From: Myxococcota bacterium
Lineage (GTDB): Bacteria; Myxococcota_A; UBA796; UBA2385
Length of the DNA: 64,000 nucleotides
Assembly: GCA_044344255.1 (NCBI GenBank)
Contig: JBIJDH010000014.1
Location: 96,001-160,000, forward strand
Direction: 5' to 3'
Shown here piece after piece: positions 32,135-52,553 of the stretch. Within the stretch, counting starts at the first letter, position 1; the number at the start of each line of letters is the position of its first letter. The notes beneath the pieces are model-generated. The model made no database searches. It was not told the origin of the DNA and saw nothing but the letters and a program-made list of their open reading frames with translations. The position numbers and the translations under genes were made by a program.

Positions 32135-32262
32135 GGCTGCCTCTGCTGCGCAGGTTTCGGGTCCGTCGGGCCTCACCGGCACGGCGGACGTCTCGCGGTC
32201 GACACGTAGCCGAAAAAGCGCGGCCGTCCGGGCGGCGCCGTCCGGGCGCGTGGACGGCGGCC

Positions 32263-32694
32263 TCAGCGGCCGTCGAAGCGGAGCACCAGCACCCGCGCGG
32301 CCTCCCCCTCGGCGACCCGCCCGTCCCCCTGCACCACACACGGCTCGCAGCCCGCCGCGCAGGCCTCGAAGGGGACGCTCGCGTAGGGCGCCTCGTCGCT
32401 CAGCCGGCCGGCCGCCCCGCCGATGGCCGAGACGCGGTCCTCGTCGTCGCCCGAGAAGGCCGAGACGCGGATCTCCAGCTCCCCCTCCAGCGGGAGCCCG
32501 GTCACGGCGACCCGCCCGGCCCCCAGGGCCTCCTCATGCACCGTGACCCCGGTGACGCAGACCCGCACGGCGTCTTCGTCGCTGAGCCCGGCGCCGGTGA
32601 CGTCGAGCTGGAGGTCAGCCGTCCGCCAGTCGTCGGCGCAGGCCGCCCCCAGGAGGAGCGGCAAGGCCAGGGCCCTCCGCCAGCGCGCGCTCAA
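32263..32694 (-). CDS. Hypothetical lipoprotein
   Basis: TTG start; LPLLLGAAC lipobox; host-like codon usage. Confidence 0.6.
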   Translation of the reverse strand: MSARWRRALALPLLLGAACADDWRTADLQLDVTGAGLSDEDAVRVCVTGVTVHEEALGAGRVAVTGLPLEGELEIRVSAFSGDDEDRVSAIGGAAGRLSDEAPYASVPFEACAAGCEPCVVQGDGRVAEGEAARVLVLRFDGR

Positions 32695-32704
32695 GCTTCG
32701 CGGC

Positions 32705-33360
32705 TCAATCGTCGATGATGGGGTCAGCGTCGAGGAGGATCCACTGGCCGCTGTTGCCCTGCGCGAGGAAGCGGCTCGTGCCCCAGTCTGCGGCCCACCA
32801 CCAGTCGGCGGCGAAGAGCGGGCCGGAGTTCGGGTCCCCGTCGCCGTCGTCGACCTTGATGTGCACACACTCCCAGACGTCCTCATCGGTGTCGGTCACC
32901 CAGAGGTTGGGGCAGTCCTCCTGGCCCACGTAGGTGGTGGAGAAGGTGCTGCCGCCCGTCTCGGTCTCGATGACGTCGTCCACCGTCATGGTGGCCTCGG
33001 CCACGATCACCGGGGGATCGTAGGTGGTGGTGGTGCCGGTGAGCTGGTCGGTCATGCTGTGGACGAGCACGCCGTCGGAGCTGTCGCTCGACCAGACGAT
33101 GCTGGTGAGGAGCTGCACCGAGGGCTTGCTGAGCGCATAGTCGAGGGTGACGAGCTCGCGGTCCCCGTCCTTCTGGGTGACGGGGTTCTTGTCCACCGTC
33201 ATCTGCTTGCCTTCGGCGTCCCCGTCGAGGGCGTACTCCCAGTGGGGCTCGCCGTAGAGGGGGAAGTAGTCCGACAGCTTCTGACCTTCGTAGGTGTAGC
33301 CGCCGCCCTTGCAGGCCGAGCCGAGCAGGAGGGCCGCCAGGGCAAGAGCGGGGAGAGTGC

Positions 33361-33376
<16 letters not shown>
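32705..33376 (-). CDS. Hypothetical beta-rich lipoprotein
   Basis: LLLGSAC lipobox; YFPL..WEY...YDPP...WW.AADWG pattern; GGAG SD. Confidence 0.75.
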
Positions 33377-44220
<10,844 letters not shown>

Positions 44221-44358
44221 GTGTTCTCCCAGGGCGAACGGCGCCGGCCGACCGCGGTGTGGGGTGCAGCGCAAGCGCCGTGCCGGGGTAGCGCGGGCGC
44301 TCGCCCAGGCGGCGATCCCGCCTCCGCGCGCACCCTCGACGAGCGGCGCCGGGCAGGC

Positions 44359-44398
44359 CCGATGAGCGGACCGATGCGCGAACCGATGCGCGCGCATC
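44359..44398. repeat. Three 12-bp direct repeats plus a 14-bp perfect palindrome in the PKS/glpK divergent region
   Basis: ccgatgagcgga ccgatgcgcgaa ccgatgcgcgcg; gatgcgcgcgcatc at 44385-44398. Confidence 0.7.
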
Positions 44399-44534
44399 CC
44401 CGCTCACCCGGCCCACCGGTGAGGGGCGACGGCCCCGCGCGCCCGGCCATCCCGGCCGAGGGCCGCCCGCCGATCCTCCGCGCCGCGCGGCGGCGCCCCG
44501 CCGAGCGTGCTAGGACCGGCTCCCGGAGGCTCCC

Positions 44535-46007
44535 ATGGGCAAGAAGCAGGCCGTCCTCGCCATCGATCAAGGCACCACCGGCACCACCGCGATGCTCCTC
44601 GACGGGGCCGTGCGCGTGCTGGCCATCCACAACGTCGAGTTCCCGAACCACTACCCGGCGCCCGGGCAGGTGGAGCACGACACCGACGAGATCTGGCAGA
44701 GCGTGGGCTCGGCCGTGGGCGCGGTGCTGAGCCGGGTGCCCGACGTCGAGATCGTAGCCATCGGCATCACCAACCAGCGGGAGACCAGCCTCTTCTGGGA
44801 GCGGGACACGGGCCGCCCCATCCACCGCGCCCTCGTCTGGCAGGACCGCCGCACCGCCGAGGCCTGCGCCGCGCTCAAGGCCCGCGGCCTGGAGCCGATG
44901 GTGAAGGCCCGCACCGGCCTCGTGCTCGACCCCTACTTCTCCGGCACCAAGGCCGGCTGGCTGCTCGACCACGTCCCGGGCGCCCGGGCCCGCGCCGAGG
45001 CCGGCGAGCTCCTCTTCGGCACCATCGACGCCTGGCTCACCTGGAAGCTCACGGGCGCCCACGTGACCGACCCCTCCAACGCCAGCCGCACCCTGCTCTT
45101 CAACCTGCACACCATGGGCTGGGACCCTGAGCTGCTCGCGCTCTTCGGCGTGCCCGCGGCCTGCCTGCCGCGGGTGGTCGACAACGCAGGCGTCATCGGC
45201 CACACGCGCGGCCTCGGCTTCCTCCCCGACGGCATCCCCGTCGCCGGCCTCGCGGGCGACCAGCAGTCGGCCCTCTTCGGCCAGGCCTGCTTCCGGCCGG
45301 GGGCGGCCAAGTGCACCTACGGCACGGGCGCCTTCGTGCTCCTCAACACCGGCGACCAGCCCGTGACGAGCGAGCGCGGCATGCTCACCACGGTGGCCTG
45401 GCGCATCGACGGGCGGGTCACCTACGCGCTCGAGGGCAGCGCCTTCATCGCCGGGGCGGCGGTGCAGTGGCTGCGGGACGGCCTCGGCATCATCACCACC
45501 GCCGCCGAGATCGAGGCCCTCGCCGCCAGCGTGCCCGACGCCGGTGGGGTCATCTTCGTGCCGGCCCTCACCGGCCTCGGGGCCCCCCACTGGCGGCCGG
45601 AGGCGCGCGGCGTCCTCTCCGGCCTCACCCGCGGCACCACCCGCGCCCACATCGCCCGGGCCACCCTCGACGGCGTGGCGATGCAGATCGGCGACATGCT
45701 GGGCGCGATGGTGGAGGAGGCCGGCACCCCCCTCGCCGAGCTCAAGGTCGACGGCGGCGCCGCGAAGAACGACCTCCTGATGCAGCTCCAGGCCGACATC
45801 CTCGGCGTCACCTGCGCGCGCCCGACGGTGCTCGAGACCACCGCCCTCGGCGCGGCCTTCCTCGCCGGCCTCGGCGTCGGCCTCTGGAGCTCGACCGAGG
45901 CGATCTCGGCGGCTTGGGTGGTCGACCGCCGCTTCGAACCCCAAATGCCCGCCGAGGACGTGGCGGCTCGTAAGGCGGCCTGGTCGGCGGCGGTGGCGAA
46001 GGCCTGA
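44535..46007 (+). CDS. glpK: Glycerol kinase
   Basis: [73 protein letters not shown]. Confidence 0.97.
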   Translation: MGKKQAVLAIDQGTTGTTAMLLDGAVRVLAIHNVEFPNHYPAPGQVEHDTDEIWQSVGSAVGAVLSRVPDVEIVAIGITNQRETSLFWERDTGRPIHRALVWQDRRTAEACAALKARGLEPMVKARTGLVLDPYFSGTKAGWLLDHVPGARARAEAGELLFGTIDAWLTWKLTGAHVTDPSNASRTLLFNLHTMGWDPELLALFGVPAACLPRVVDNAGVIGHTRGLGFLPDGIPVAGLAGDQQSALFGQACFRPGAAKCTYGTGAFVLLNTGDQPVTSERGMLTTVAWRIDGRVTYALEGSAFIAGAAVQWLRDGLGIITTAAEIEALAASVPDAGGVIFVPALTGLGAPHWRPEARGVLSGLTRGTTRAHIARATLDGVAMQIGDMLGAMVEEAGTPLAELKVDGGAAKNDLLMQLQADILGVTCARPTVLETTALGAAFLAGLGVGLWSSTEAISAAWVVDRRFEPQMPAEDVAARKAAWSAAVAKA

Positions 46008-46035
46008 GCGACCGGCGGCCGGGCGGGCCTCCGCC

Positions 46036-46887
46036 TCAGAGCCCCGCCAGCCGCTCCGAGGCCTCCCAGAGGCTGCGCGCAGCCTTGTCATCACGCGCCT
46101 GCGGCCAGGGCGCCTTCACGCGGCGGCTGGAGAAGTACTCCCCGCTCACCAGGGCGAGCTCCGGCGCGCAGCAGAGGTGGAGCTGGGTGGCCGCGCCCTC
46201 CTCGGCGGAGAGGAGCGCGGGCCCGACGAGCGCGGTCAGGCGGGCGAAGGCGCCCGTGTCTTGCACCGCGAAGCCGCTGCGGATCGCCCCCGGGTGGAGG
46301 CTGTTCGCCGTGACGCCGCTGCCGCGCAGCCGCGCCGCCAGCTCGCGGGTGAAGAGGATGTTCATCAGCTTCGAGTCTGCATACGCGAGGAAGCCGACGT
46401 AACGGCGCCGTTGCCATTGCAGGTCATCGAGCACCACCCGGCCGAGGCGGTGGGCCCCCGAGGCGACGTTGACGATGCGGGCGCCCCCGCTCTCCCGCAG
46501 CCGGTCGAGGAGCAGGCGGGTGAGCAGGTAGGGCCCGAGGTGGTTGGCGCCGAAGCTGAGCTCGAGGCCGTCTGCCGTCTCGCGCCGCTCGGCCTGGTAG
46601 GCGCCGGCGTTGTTGAGCAGCACGTGGAGCGCGGGGTGGCGGGCGAGGAAGGCCAGGGCGAAGCGGCGGACATCGGCGAGGGAGGAGAGGTCGCAGCGCA
46701 TGAGCTCGGCCGAGCCCGCCCGCTGCACCTCCGAGAGGGCCTCCTGGCCGCGACCGAGGTCTCGGCACACCATCACGACGTGGGCCCCCCGCTCGGCGAG
46801 GACGCGGGAGGAGACCCGCCCGATGCCCGAATTCGCCCCCGTCACGAGCACGACGCGGCCCGACATCGGCCCTCTCCCGCTGGACAT
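46036..46887 (-). CDS. Short-chain dehydrogenase/reductase (retinol-DH-like)
   Basis: TGANSGIG, LNNAG, NHLG, VASGAH, YADSK, LHPG. Confidence 0.93.
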   Translation of the reverse strand: MSSGRGPMSGRVVLVTGANSGIGRVSSRVLAERGAHVVMVCRDLGRGQEALSEVQRAGSAELMRCDLSSLADVRRFALAFLARHPALHVLLNNAGAYQAERRETADGLELSFGANHLGPYLLTRLLLDRLRESGGARIVNVASGAHRLGRVVLDDLQWQRRRYVGFLAYADSKLMNILFTRELAARLRGSGVTANSLHPGAIRSGFAVQDTGAFARLTALVGPALLSAEEGAATQLHLCCAPELALVSGEYFSSRRVKAPWPQARDDKAARSLWEASERLAGL

Positions 46888-46970
46888 CCGGCACCCCCTC
46901 CGAGAATTCCACGACGCGGTCGGGCTATCCCGGGTGGGTGCCGCCCGTCCGCCCGATTAGGCCGCCCCGC

Positions 46971-48128
46971 ATGAGCCGCCCCCTCTTCCCATCGCCCGAC
47001 ATCCGCCAGCACGCCGCCACCGAGGCGCTGCTGTTGAGCCTGCCCGATCTCCCCGCCGGTGACGACGTCTTCGTCGCCGATGACGACGACGGCGGCGTCG
47101 AAGCCGGCCTCGTCGAGCGCGGTCACGCGGTCCGGAGCTGGAACCGCGTCACCGTCGGCCCCCGCATCGGCAAGCCCTGGCCCGCCGAGGGGGTCTGCCA
47201 GCAGGCCACCCTCCGCTTCCAGCGCGACCGGGACGCCTTCGAGGTCGCCCTCCACGCCACGGCCGCGCGCCTCGCCCCCGGCGGGCGGCTCTTCGTCTAC
47301 GGCGCGAACGACGAGGGCGTGAAGTCGGCCGACACCCGCATCGGCGCGCTCTTCTCCGACCTCGAGACGCTGAGCACCATGCGGCACTGCCGCGTGTGGA
47401 TGGCCGTGCGGCCGGCCGAGATCCCGGGCCTCAAGCCCACCCTCGCCGACTGGAAGACGCGGGAGCCCGTGGAGATGCCCTGGGGCCCCGTGCCCTGGAC
47501 CCGCTACCCGGGCCTCTTCGCCAAGGGCGGGCTCGACGCCGGCACCGCGCTGCTGCTCCACGCGCTGCCCAAGGTGGCCGACGGGGCGCAGGTGCTCGAC
47601 TTCGCGTGCGGCACGGGCGTCATCAGCGCCGCCGTGCTCAAGGGCACCCCCTCGGCGCGGGTGCAGATGATCGACTCCGACGCCCTCGCCATCGCCGCCG
47701 CCCGCGAGAACGCCGTCGGCGCGATGGCCCTCACCGGCGACGGCCCCGGCGCCCTCCCGGCCTGGCAGCGCTACCACCACATCTTCAGCAACCCGCCCCT
47801 GCACCGAGGCAAGGACCGCACCCGCAGCGTGCTCGAGGCCCTGGTGCGGGCCGCCCCGCCCCGGCTGCTCGAGGGGGGCGACCTCTGGCTGGTGGTGCAG
47901 CGCCACGAGCCGGTCGAGCCGCTGCTCCGCCAGTGCTTCCTCACCGTCGACTGCCCCTCCCAGGACGGTCATTACGCCGTCTGGCGCGCCGCAGATCCCT
48001 TCTCCTGGGCCGTCAAGGGCGAGGACACCGCGCCGGTGCACCGCGAGAAGCGGCGCCCCCGCATCAAGGGCGCCACCGAGGCCGTCCCCGAGGTCGCCCC
48101 GCTGGACCGGCGGCGACGCCGCGGATAA
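46971..48128 (+). CDS. Class I SAM methyltransferase, RsmC-like
   Basis: GANDEGVKS, PGLFAKGGLDAGT.LL, LDFACGTG, FSNPPLHRG. Confidence 0.85.
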   Translation: MSRPLFPSPDIRQHAATEALLLSLPDLPAGDDVFVADDDDGGVEAGLVERGHAVRSWNRVTVGPRIGKPWPAEGVCQQATLRFQRDRDAFEVALHATAARLAPGGRLFVYGANDEGVKSADTRIGALFSDLETLSTMRHCRVWMAVRPAEIPGLKPTLADWKTREPVEMPWGPVPWTRYPGLFAKGGLDAGTALLLHALPKVADGAQVLDFACGTGVISAAVLKGTPSARVQMIDSDALAIAAARENAVGAMALTGDGPGALPAWQRYHHIFSNPPLHRGKDRTRSVLEALVRAAPPRLLEGGDLWLVVQRHEPVEPLLRQCFLTVDCPSQDGHYAVWRAADPFSWAVKGEDTAPVHREKRRPRIKGATEAVPEVAPLDRRRRRG

Positions 48129-48154
48129 TCGCCGGGGTCTCTCCAGGAGCTCCC

Positions 48155-49507
48155 ATGGCCGACCATCCCGCCCGCACCCGCCTCCTCCTCCTCCTCGGCG
48201 CCCTCGGCGCCCTCAGCCTGACGGGCGCCTGCGGCGGAGACAAGGGCAAGGAGGGGGTCAAGAAGTCCGACAAGGAGGGGAAGGCCACCAAGGTCGAGGC
48301 CAGCAAGGTCGAGGCCCCCGCCGAGGTCGCTTACGTCCCCGTCCAGGAGGCCCTGGACGGGCCCGCCGAGCCGGCGATCGTGCTCAGCCAGGCCTGGTTC
48401 ATGACCGGCGCCAACGGCAAGCCCAAGCCCGGCCCCGCCCGCCTGCAGATCTGGCGCCAGGGCGCGGCCGGCTGGAAGGCCACCCGCCTCGAAGACGGCG
48501 ACTCCAACGTCTTCCACAAGGCCCTCTTCCACGACGGCGGCATCCTGACCATCGCCGGCGAGAAGGCCATCCTCAAGAAGTGGCAGTTCGCGGACGGCGC
48601 CTGGAAGCAGGACAAGCTCTGGGAGAAGTCCTGGGGCGGTAAGTTCAACCGGCTGCGGGACCTCGAGATCGGCGACGTCGACGGCGACGGCAAGGACGAG
48701 TGGGTGATGGCCACCCACGACGGCGGCGTGATCGCGGTCTACAACCCGCCCGACGCCCCGGGCGGCGCCCCCGAGGTCATCGAGCTCGACGCGAAGAAGG
48801 ACACCTTCGTCCACGAGATCGAGATCGGCGACATCGACGGCGACGGCAAGAAGGAGTTCTTCGCCACCCCGTCCGACCGCAACTCCTCGAGCGCCTCCCA
48901 GCCCGGCTTCGTCGTGATGTACCGCTGGGACGGCACCACCTACAAGCGCACGGTCGTCGACGGCGAAGAGGGCAACACCCACGCCAAGGAGGTGCTGGTC
49001 AACGACCTCGACGGCGACGGCAAGGCCGAGTTCTTCAGCGTCCAGGAGGCGGAGATCGACTCCAACAAGGCCATCGTCAAGCCGGTCGAGATCCGCCAGT
49101 ACCACTTCGATGATGGCAAGTTCACGCACACCGTCGTGGGCACGATCGCCGACCGTCAGACCCGCTTCCTCGTCGCCGGAGACTTTGACGGTGACGGCAA
49201 GAAGGAGCTGGTGGCCGCCGCCATGAAGACGGGGCTCTACCACATCGTGTGGACCGCCGGCGCCAAGGGCCAGCCCTGGACCTGGGCCCAGACCAACTTC
49301 GACGCCAACTCCGGCGGCTTCGAGCACACCACCGCCCCCTTCGACATGGACGGGGACGGCAAGCCCGAGCTCTACGTGGCCGCCGACGACCAACGCGAGC
49401 TCAAGAAGTACGTCTGGAACGCCGAGAAGAAGAACTTCGACAAGGAGCTGCTCGGCAAGCTCGAGGCCCAGACCTTCACCTGGAACATCGACGCCGGGAA
49501 GCTCTGA
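48155..49507 (+). CDS. FG-GAP/VCBS repeat lipoprotein
   Basis: LTGAC lipobox; repeated IGD.DGDGK.E units. Confidence 0.85.
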   Translation: MADHPARTRLLLLLGALGALSLTGACGGDKGKEGVKKSDKEGKATKVEASKVEAPAEVAYVPVQEALDGPAEPAIVLSQAWFMTGANGKPKPGPARLQIWRQGAAGWKATRLEDGDSNVFHKALFHDGGILTIAGEKAILKKWQFADGAWKQDKLWEKSWGGKFNRLRDLEIGDVDGDGKDEWVMATHDGGVIAVYNPPDAPGGAPEVIELDAKKDTFVHEIEIGDIDGDGKKEFFATPSDRNSSSASQPGFVVMYRWDGTTYKRTVVDGEEGNTHAKEVLVNDLDGDGKAEFFSVQEAEIDSNKAIVKPVEIRQYHFDDGKFTHTVVGTIADRQTRFLVAGDFDGDGKKELVAAAMKTGLYHIVWTAGAKGQPWTWAQTNFDANSGGFEHTTAPFDMDGDGKPELYVAADDQRELKKYVWNAEKKNFDKELLGKLEAQTFTWNIDAGKL

Positions 49508-49550
49508 GCGACGAGGTGCTCTGAGCGCCGAGGCGCTCTAGGCGCCGGGG
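49501..49550 (+). repeat. 17-bp tandem repeat of the stop-codon region (3 copies)
   Basis: gctctgagcgacgaggt / gctctgagcgccgaggc / gctctaggcgccgggg. Confidence 0.85.
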
Positions 49551-49561
49551 AGCGACGGGGG

Positions 49562-49588
49562 CCGCCCTCCTCACCGAGAGGGGGGCGG
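49562..49588. terminator. GC-rich hairpin between convergent genes
   Basis: ccgccctcctc-accga-gaggggggcgg (one G-U pair); no U tract. Confidence 0.55.
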
Positions 49589-49598
49589 GGCCCACGGA

Positions 49599-49651
49599 CC
49601 TACTTCTTGAGGCCTACTTCTTCAGGCCTACTTCTTCAGGCCTACTTCTTC
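49599..49651 (-). repeat. 14-bp tandem repeat of the stop-codon region (4 copies)
   Basis: cctacttcttgagg cctacttcttcagg cctacttcttcagg cctacttcttc. Confidence 0.9.
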
Positions 49652-50820
49652 TTCGCGTTCGACTCACGCGGGATCTTGAGCTTCATGCCCGGCTGAAGGC
49701 TCTTGGAGCCGTGCAGGGTGTCCGGGTTGGCCGACACGATGCCCTTCCACTTCGAAGAGTCGCCGTAGTACTTCTGCGCGATGCTGCCGAGGGTGTCGCC
49801 CGAGCGCACCGTGTGGGTGGCCTTCGCGGCCACGGCGACGGGCTTGGCTGCAGCCTTCGGCGCGGCCTTGGGGAGGCCGGGCTTGGCCGACGGGGCGGGC
49901 ACCGAGGCCTTCACGGGCGCCGCCACAGGCTTCGGCGCGACGACGGGGGCAGCGACGGGGGCAGAGGCCACGACCGGCGCCGAGGCCACGACCGGCGCGG
50001 CGGCCACGACCGGCGCGCCAGCCACGACCGGCGCAGCGGTCATCGTGGGCACGCCGGCGCTCCCGACGGTGGGGGCGCTCACGGGCACGGAGGTCATGGT
50101 GGGCGCCCCACCGGCGACGGGGGCGGCGGCAGGCTCACCGGCGACGGCGATCGCTCCGGGCTCGGCGACCACCGCCGGGGCGGCGGCGAGGGCCGGGGCG
50201 GCGGCGGGGGCCGGTGTGTCGCTGCTGGGGCCGCCGAAGAGCATCGCGGCCAGCAGGAGGGCCGAGGCGCAGCCTGCGACCAGGGCCGTGGCGCTGCTCC
50301 ACAGCTTGACGCGCCGGGTGAGCTCCTCGACCTGGAGCTCCATCGAGGCGTTCTCGCTGCGCAGGCGCTTGGCCTCGGCGCGGAGGTTGCGCACCTCGCT
50401 CTTGTCGCGGGTGGTGACCTGATTGCGCAGGTCTTCGCTCTCCGAGACCTGAGCCCGGAGGCGGCCCTCGACCTCGTCGCGGAGCCCCTCGGGAAGGATC
50501 GCGCCCTTGGCCAGGGCGGTGTCGAGGTTGGCGAGGGACTCCTGCCACTGGCCCCGCGCGGCGAGCACCTTCCCGAGGAGCAAGGCGGCGTCAGCGTCTG
50601 CGGGGTCGAGCACCAGCAGCATCCGCAGCCGCTCGGAGGCCGGGCTCAGCTTGCCCTCCCGCGCGAGGGCCAGCGCCTCATCGTAGAGGGTGGCGGCCGC
50701 GTTCACACCCTGCTCGTTCAGGGTGCGCGCGATCTGCTCGGCGGCGCCAGCGCCACCGGCGCCGCGGGGCAGCTCATCGAAGGACAGGGGGGAGGTCGCG
50801 GTGGCGGTGGCAGTGGACAT
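49642..50820 (-). CDS. TPR + coiled-coil + TM + LysM peptidoglycan-binding protein
   Basis: TPR-like N-terminus, coiled coil, TM helix, (AAPVVA)n linker, HTVRSGDTLGSIAQKYYG...LQPGMKLKIP. Confidence 0.9.
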   Translation of the reverse strand: MSTATATATSPLSFDELPRGAGGAGAAEQIARTLNEQGVNAAATLYDEALALAREGKLSPASERLRMLLVLDPADADAALLLGKVLAARGQWQESLANLDTALAKGAILPEGLRDEVEGRLRAQVSESEDLRNQVTTRDKSEVRNLRAEAKRLRSENASMELQVEELTRRVKLWSSATALVAGCASALLLAAMLFGGPSSDTPAPAAAPALAAAPAVVAEPGAIAVAGEPAAAPVAGGAPTMTSVPVSAPTVGSAGVPTMTAAPVVAGAPVVAAAPVVASAPVVASAPVAAPVVAPKPVAAPVKASVPAPSAKPGLPKAAPKAAAKPVAVAAKATHTVRSGDTLGSIAQKYYGDSSKWKGIVSANPDTLHGSKSLQPGMKLKIPRESNAKKK

Positions 50821-51034
50821 GGGGGGGCGTCCGGGGAGGGCGGCGGGGGGCGGCGAGGACCACCGGCGGCCTGCAGGAGCAGGAGCCGCGGGAGCGGGGG
50901 CCCGAGAGGAGGAGAGCTCGGATCATGGTGAGATCAGATCTCTATGTCCTCTTGACATAGCAAGAGCCAGCGCGCAAGTCCACCCCTCGCTCGGCCGCAC
51001 CCCAACTCCCCACGAAGGAGGCGGCCCGGCGCCG

Positions 51035-52339
51035 TCAGGGGGCGTGGATGGTGACCGTGCCCTTGTCGACCAGCACGGGCTCACCGCCGCCGCCGTCTCC
51101 ACCGTTGCCGGCCTCGCCGCCCTCGTCGCCGGAGAGGCCGATCACGAGGCCGGTCACCCCGCCTGCGACGGCCACGCCGGCCCCCGCCCAGAGGTACCAG
51201 GGCAGGCCGCCCCCCCGAGCGGCTGCGACCGGCTCATCCGCAGCGGGTCGGAGGAGGAGGTCGGTCAACACGCGGTTGGTCGAGCGATCGAGGGGCACGG
51301 TGCGAGGCGAGATCCGATCGGAGCGCAGCTTCCCCTGATCGCTCACATACGCGAGCAGCGAAGGCACGAGGTCGAGCAGGGCCCCCTCGGGATCGGAGCC
51401 GGCCTCAGCCGAGACCTCCTTGGAGAAATTCCCGGTCCGGGGCTCGTAGAGCTGGACCACCACCTTGCCGTCCCCAGACTCGCCGGCGAGCATCACGAGG
51501 TCGGTGTTGGCGTAGGTGCCGAGCGACTTGTAGAGAGCCGCGGTCTGCTCGCTCCGCTCGTCGGCGGTGGAGGCGGGCGCCCCGAGGCTGCGGCCGCTGA
51601 GCGCGGCGGTCCAGGTGAGGCGCTGACCGGGATCGAGGCTGAGGGTGGCGAAGTCTCGGCGCCCATCGGCGGCGACCACGAGCACATGGTGGACGCCCGG
51701 GAGCAAGGAGGCGACCTCGGCGAGGTTCTCGATGCCATCGACATACTGGCTGCCCTCCCCCACGATGGTGAGGCGGGCCTTGGGCTGGGCCTGCACGGCG
51801 GCGCGCACTTCGGCGAAGAGGCTCACCACGCCAGGCGCGTAGTTGACCCGATCGAGCTCGCGGGTGGGGTCGAGCAGGACCACCTTGCCGAAGGCCGCCC
51901 GGGCGCCATCCTCATCCCCATTGCCGACGAGGGCGAGCCCGAGGAGGAGCAGGGAGTCGATGAGGTCGCGGTTGTTGGGGGTGCCGAGCAGCCCATCCTC
52001 GAGGCTCTGGACCGCCGCGTTGAGCGAGGCCACCGAGCCTTCGAAGTCAGCCCGCTCGTAGAGGATGCGCCCCTCTTCGAGCTTCTGGCGGCCCACGCGC
52101 AGGAAGGTGTCTTCGACGACCAGGTCTTGTCGGCCGGAGAGGCGCTCACTCACCTCGGCCGAGGACAGGGCGACGAGCTTGCCCCCACCGCTCACGGCCG
52201 CCGCCAGGGCCTCGGCGGTGCCCCGGGCGGCGTCACCGTCCTGGTTGGCCACGTGGGCGCCCACCACGACCACCTCGGGCTTTCGGGCCGCGAAGGCGCC
52301 CGTCGGGACCAGCAGAAGCAGCAGCGCGAGCCTCCCCAT
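51035..52339 (-). CDS. Exported TPR/PEGA-type protein with C-terminal membrane anchor
   Basis: Signal peptide; ARAAF..V.LDP...L....YAP; YVDG..LLPGVHHV; PWYLWAGAGVAVAGG. Confidence 0.75.
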   Translation of the reverse strand: MGRLALLLLLVPTGAFAARKPEVVVVGAHVANQDGDAARGTAEALAAAVSGGGKLVALSSAEVSERLSGRQDLVVEDTFLRVGRQKLEEGRILYERADFEGSVASLNAAVQSLEDGLLGTPNNRDLIDSLLLLGLALVGNGDEDGARAAFGKVVLLDPTRELDRVNYAPGVVSLFAEVRAAVQAQPKARLTIVGEGSQYVDGIENLAEVASLLPGVHHVLVVAADGRRDFATLSLDPGQRLTWTAALSGRSLGAPASTADERSEQTAALYKSLGTYANTDLVMLAGESGDGKVVVQLYEPRTGNFSKEVSAEAGSDPEGALLDLVPSLLAYVSDQGKLRSDRISPRTVPLDRSTNRVLTDLLLRPAADEPVAAARGGGLPWYLWAGAGVAVAGGVTGLVIGLSGDEGGEAGNGGDGGGGEPVLVDKGTVTIHAP

Positions 52340-52553
52340 ACACACTCTCCCTGATCGGCCTGCGCCCCGGAGGCGCGACCAAGTCGCAATGAACACGCCC
52401 CCATTCTGCCACGGGTGGGCCCCGCTGGGGGCGCCTGCGGCAGACCTACACGGGGGCGCCGCCGACCGGCCCCCGGCCCGAGAACCCATTAACCGAGCGC
52501 CCCCGTCCTCCCTCGCGCCCGTCCTCCCTCGCCGCCGCCCTCCGGGAGCGCAG

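Noticed and set aside
49599..49651. Possible CRISPR array (also 59183-59224 and 23842-23910)
   Set aside because: Units are 14-18 bp and contiguous, with no spacers and no cas genes.
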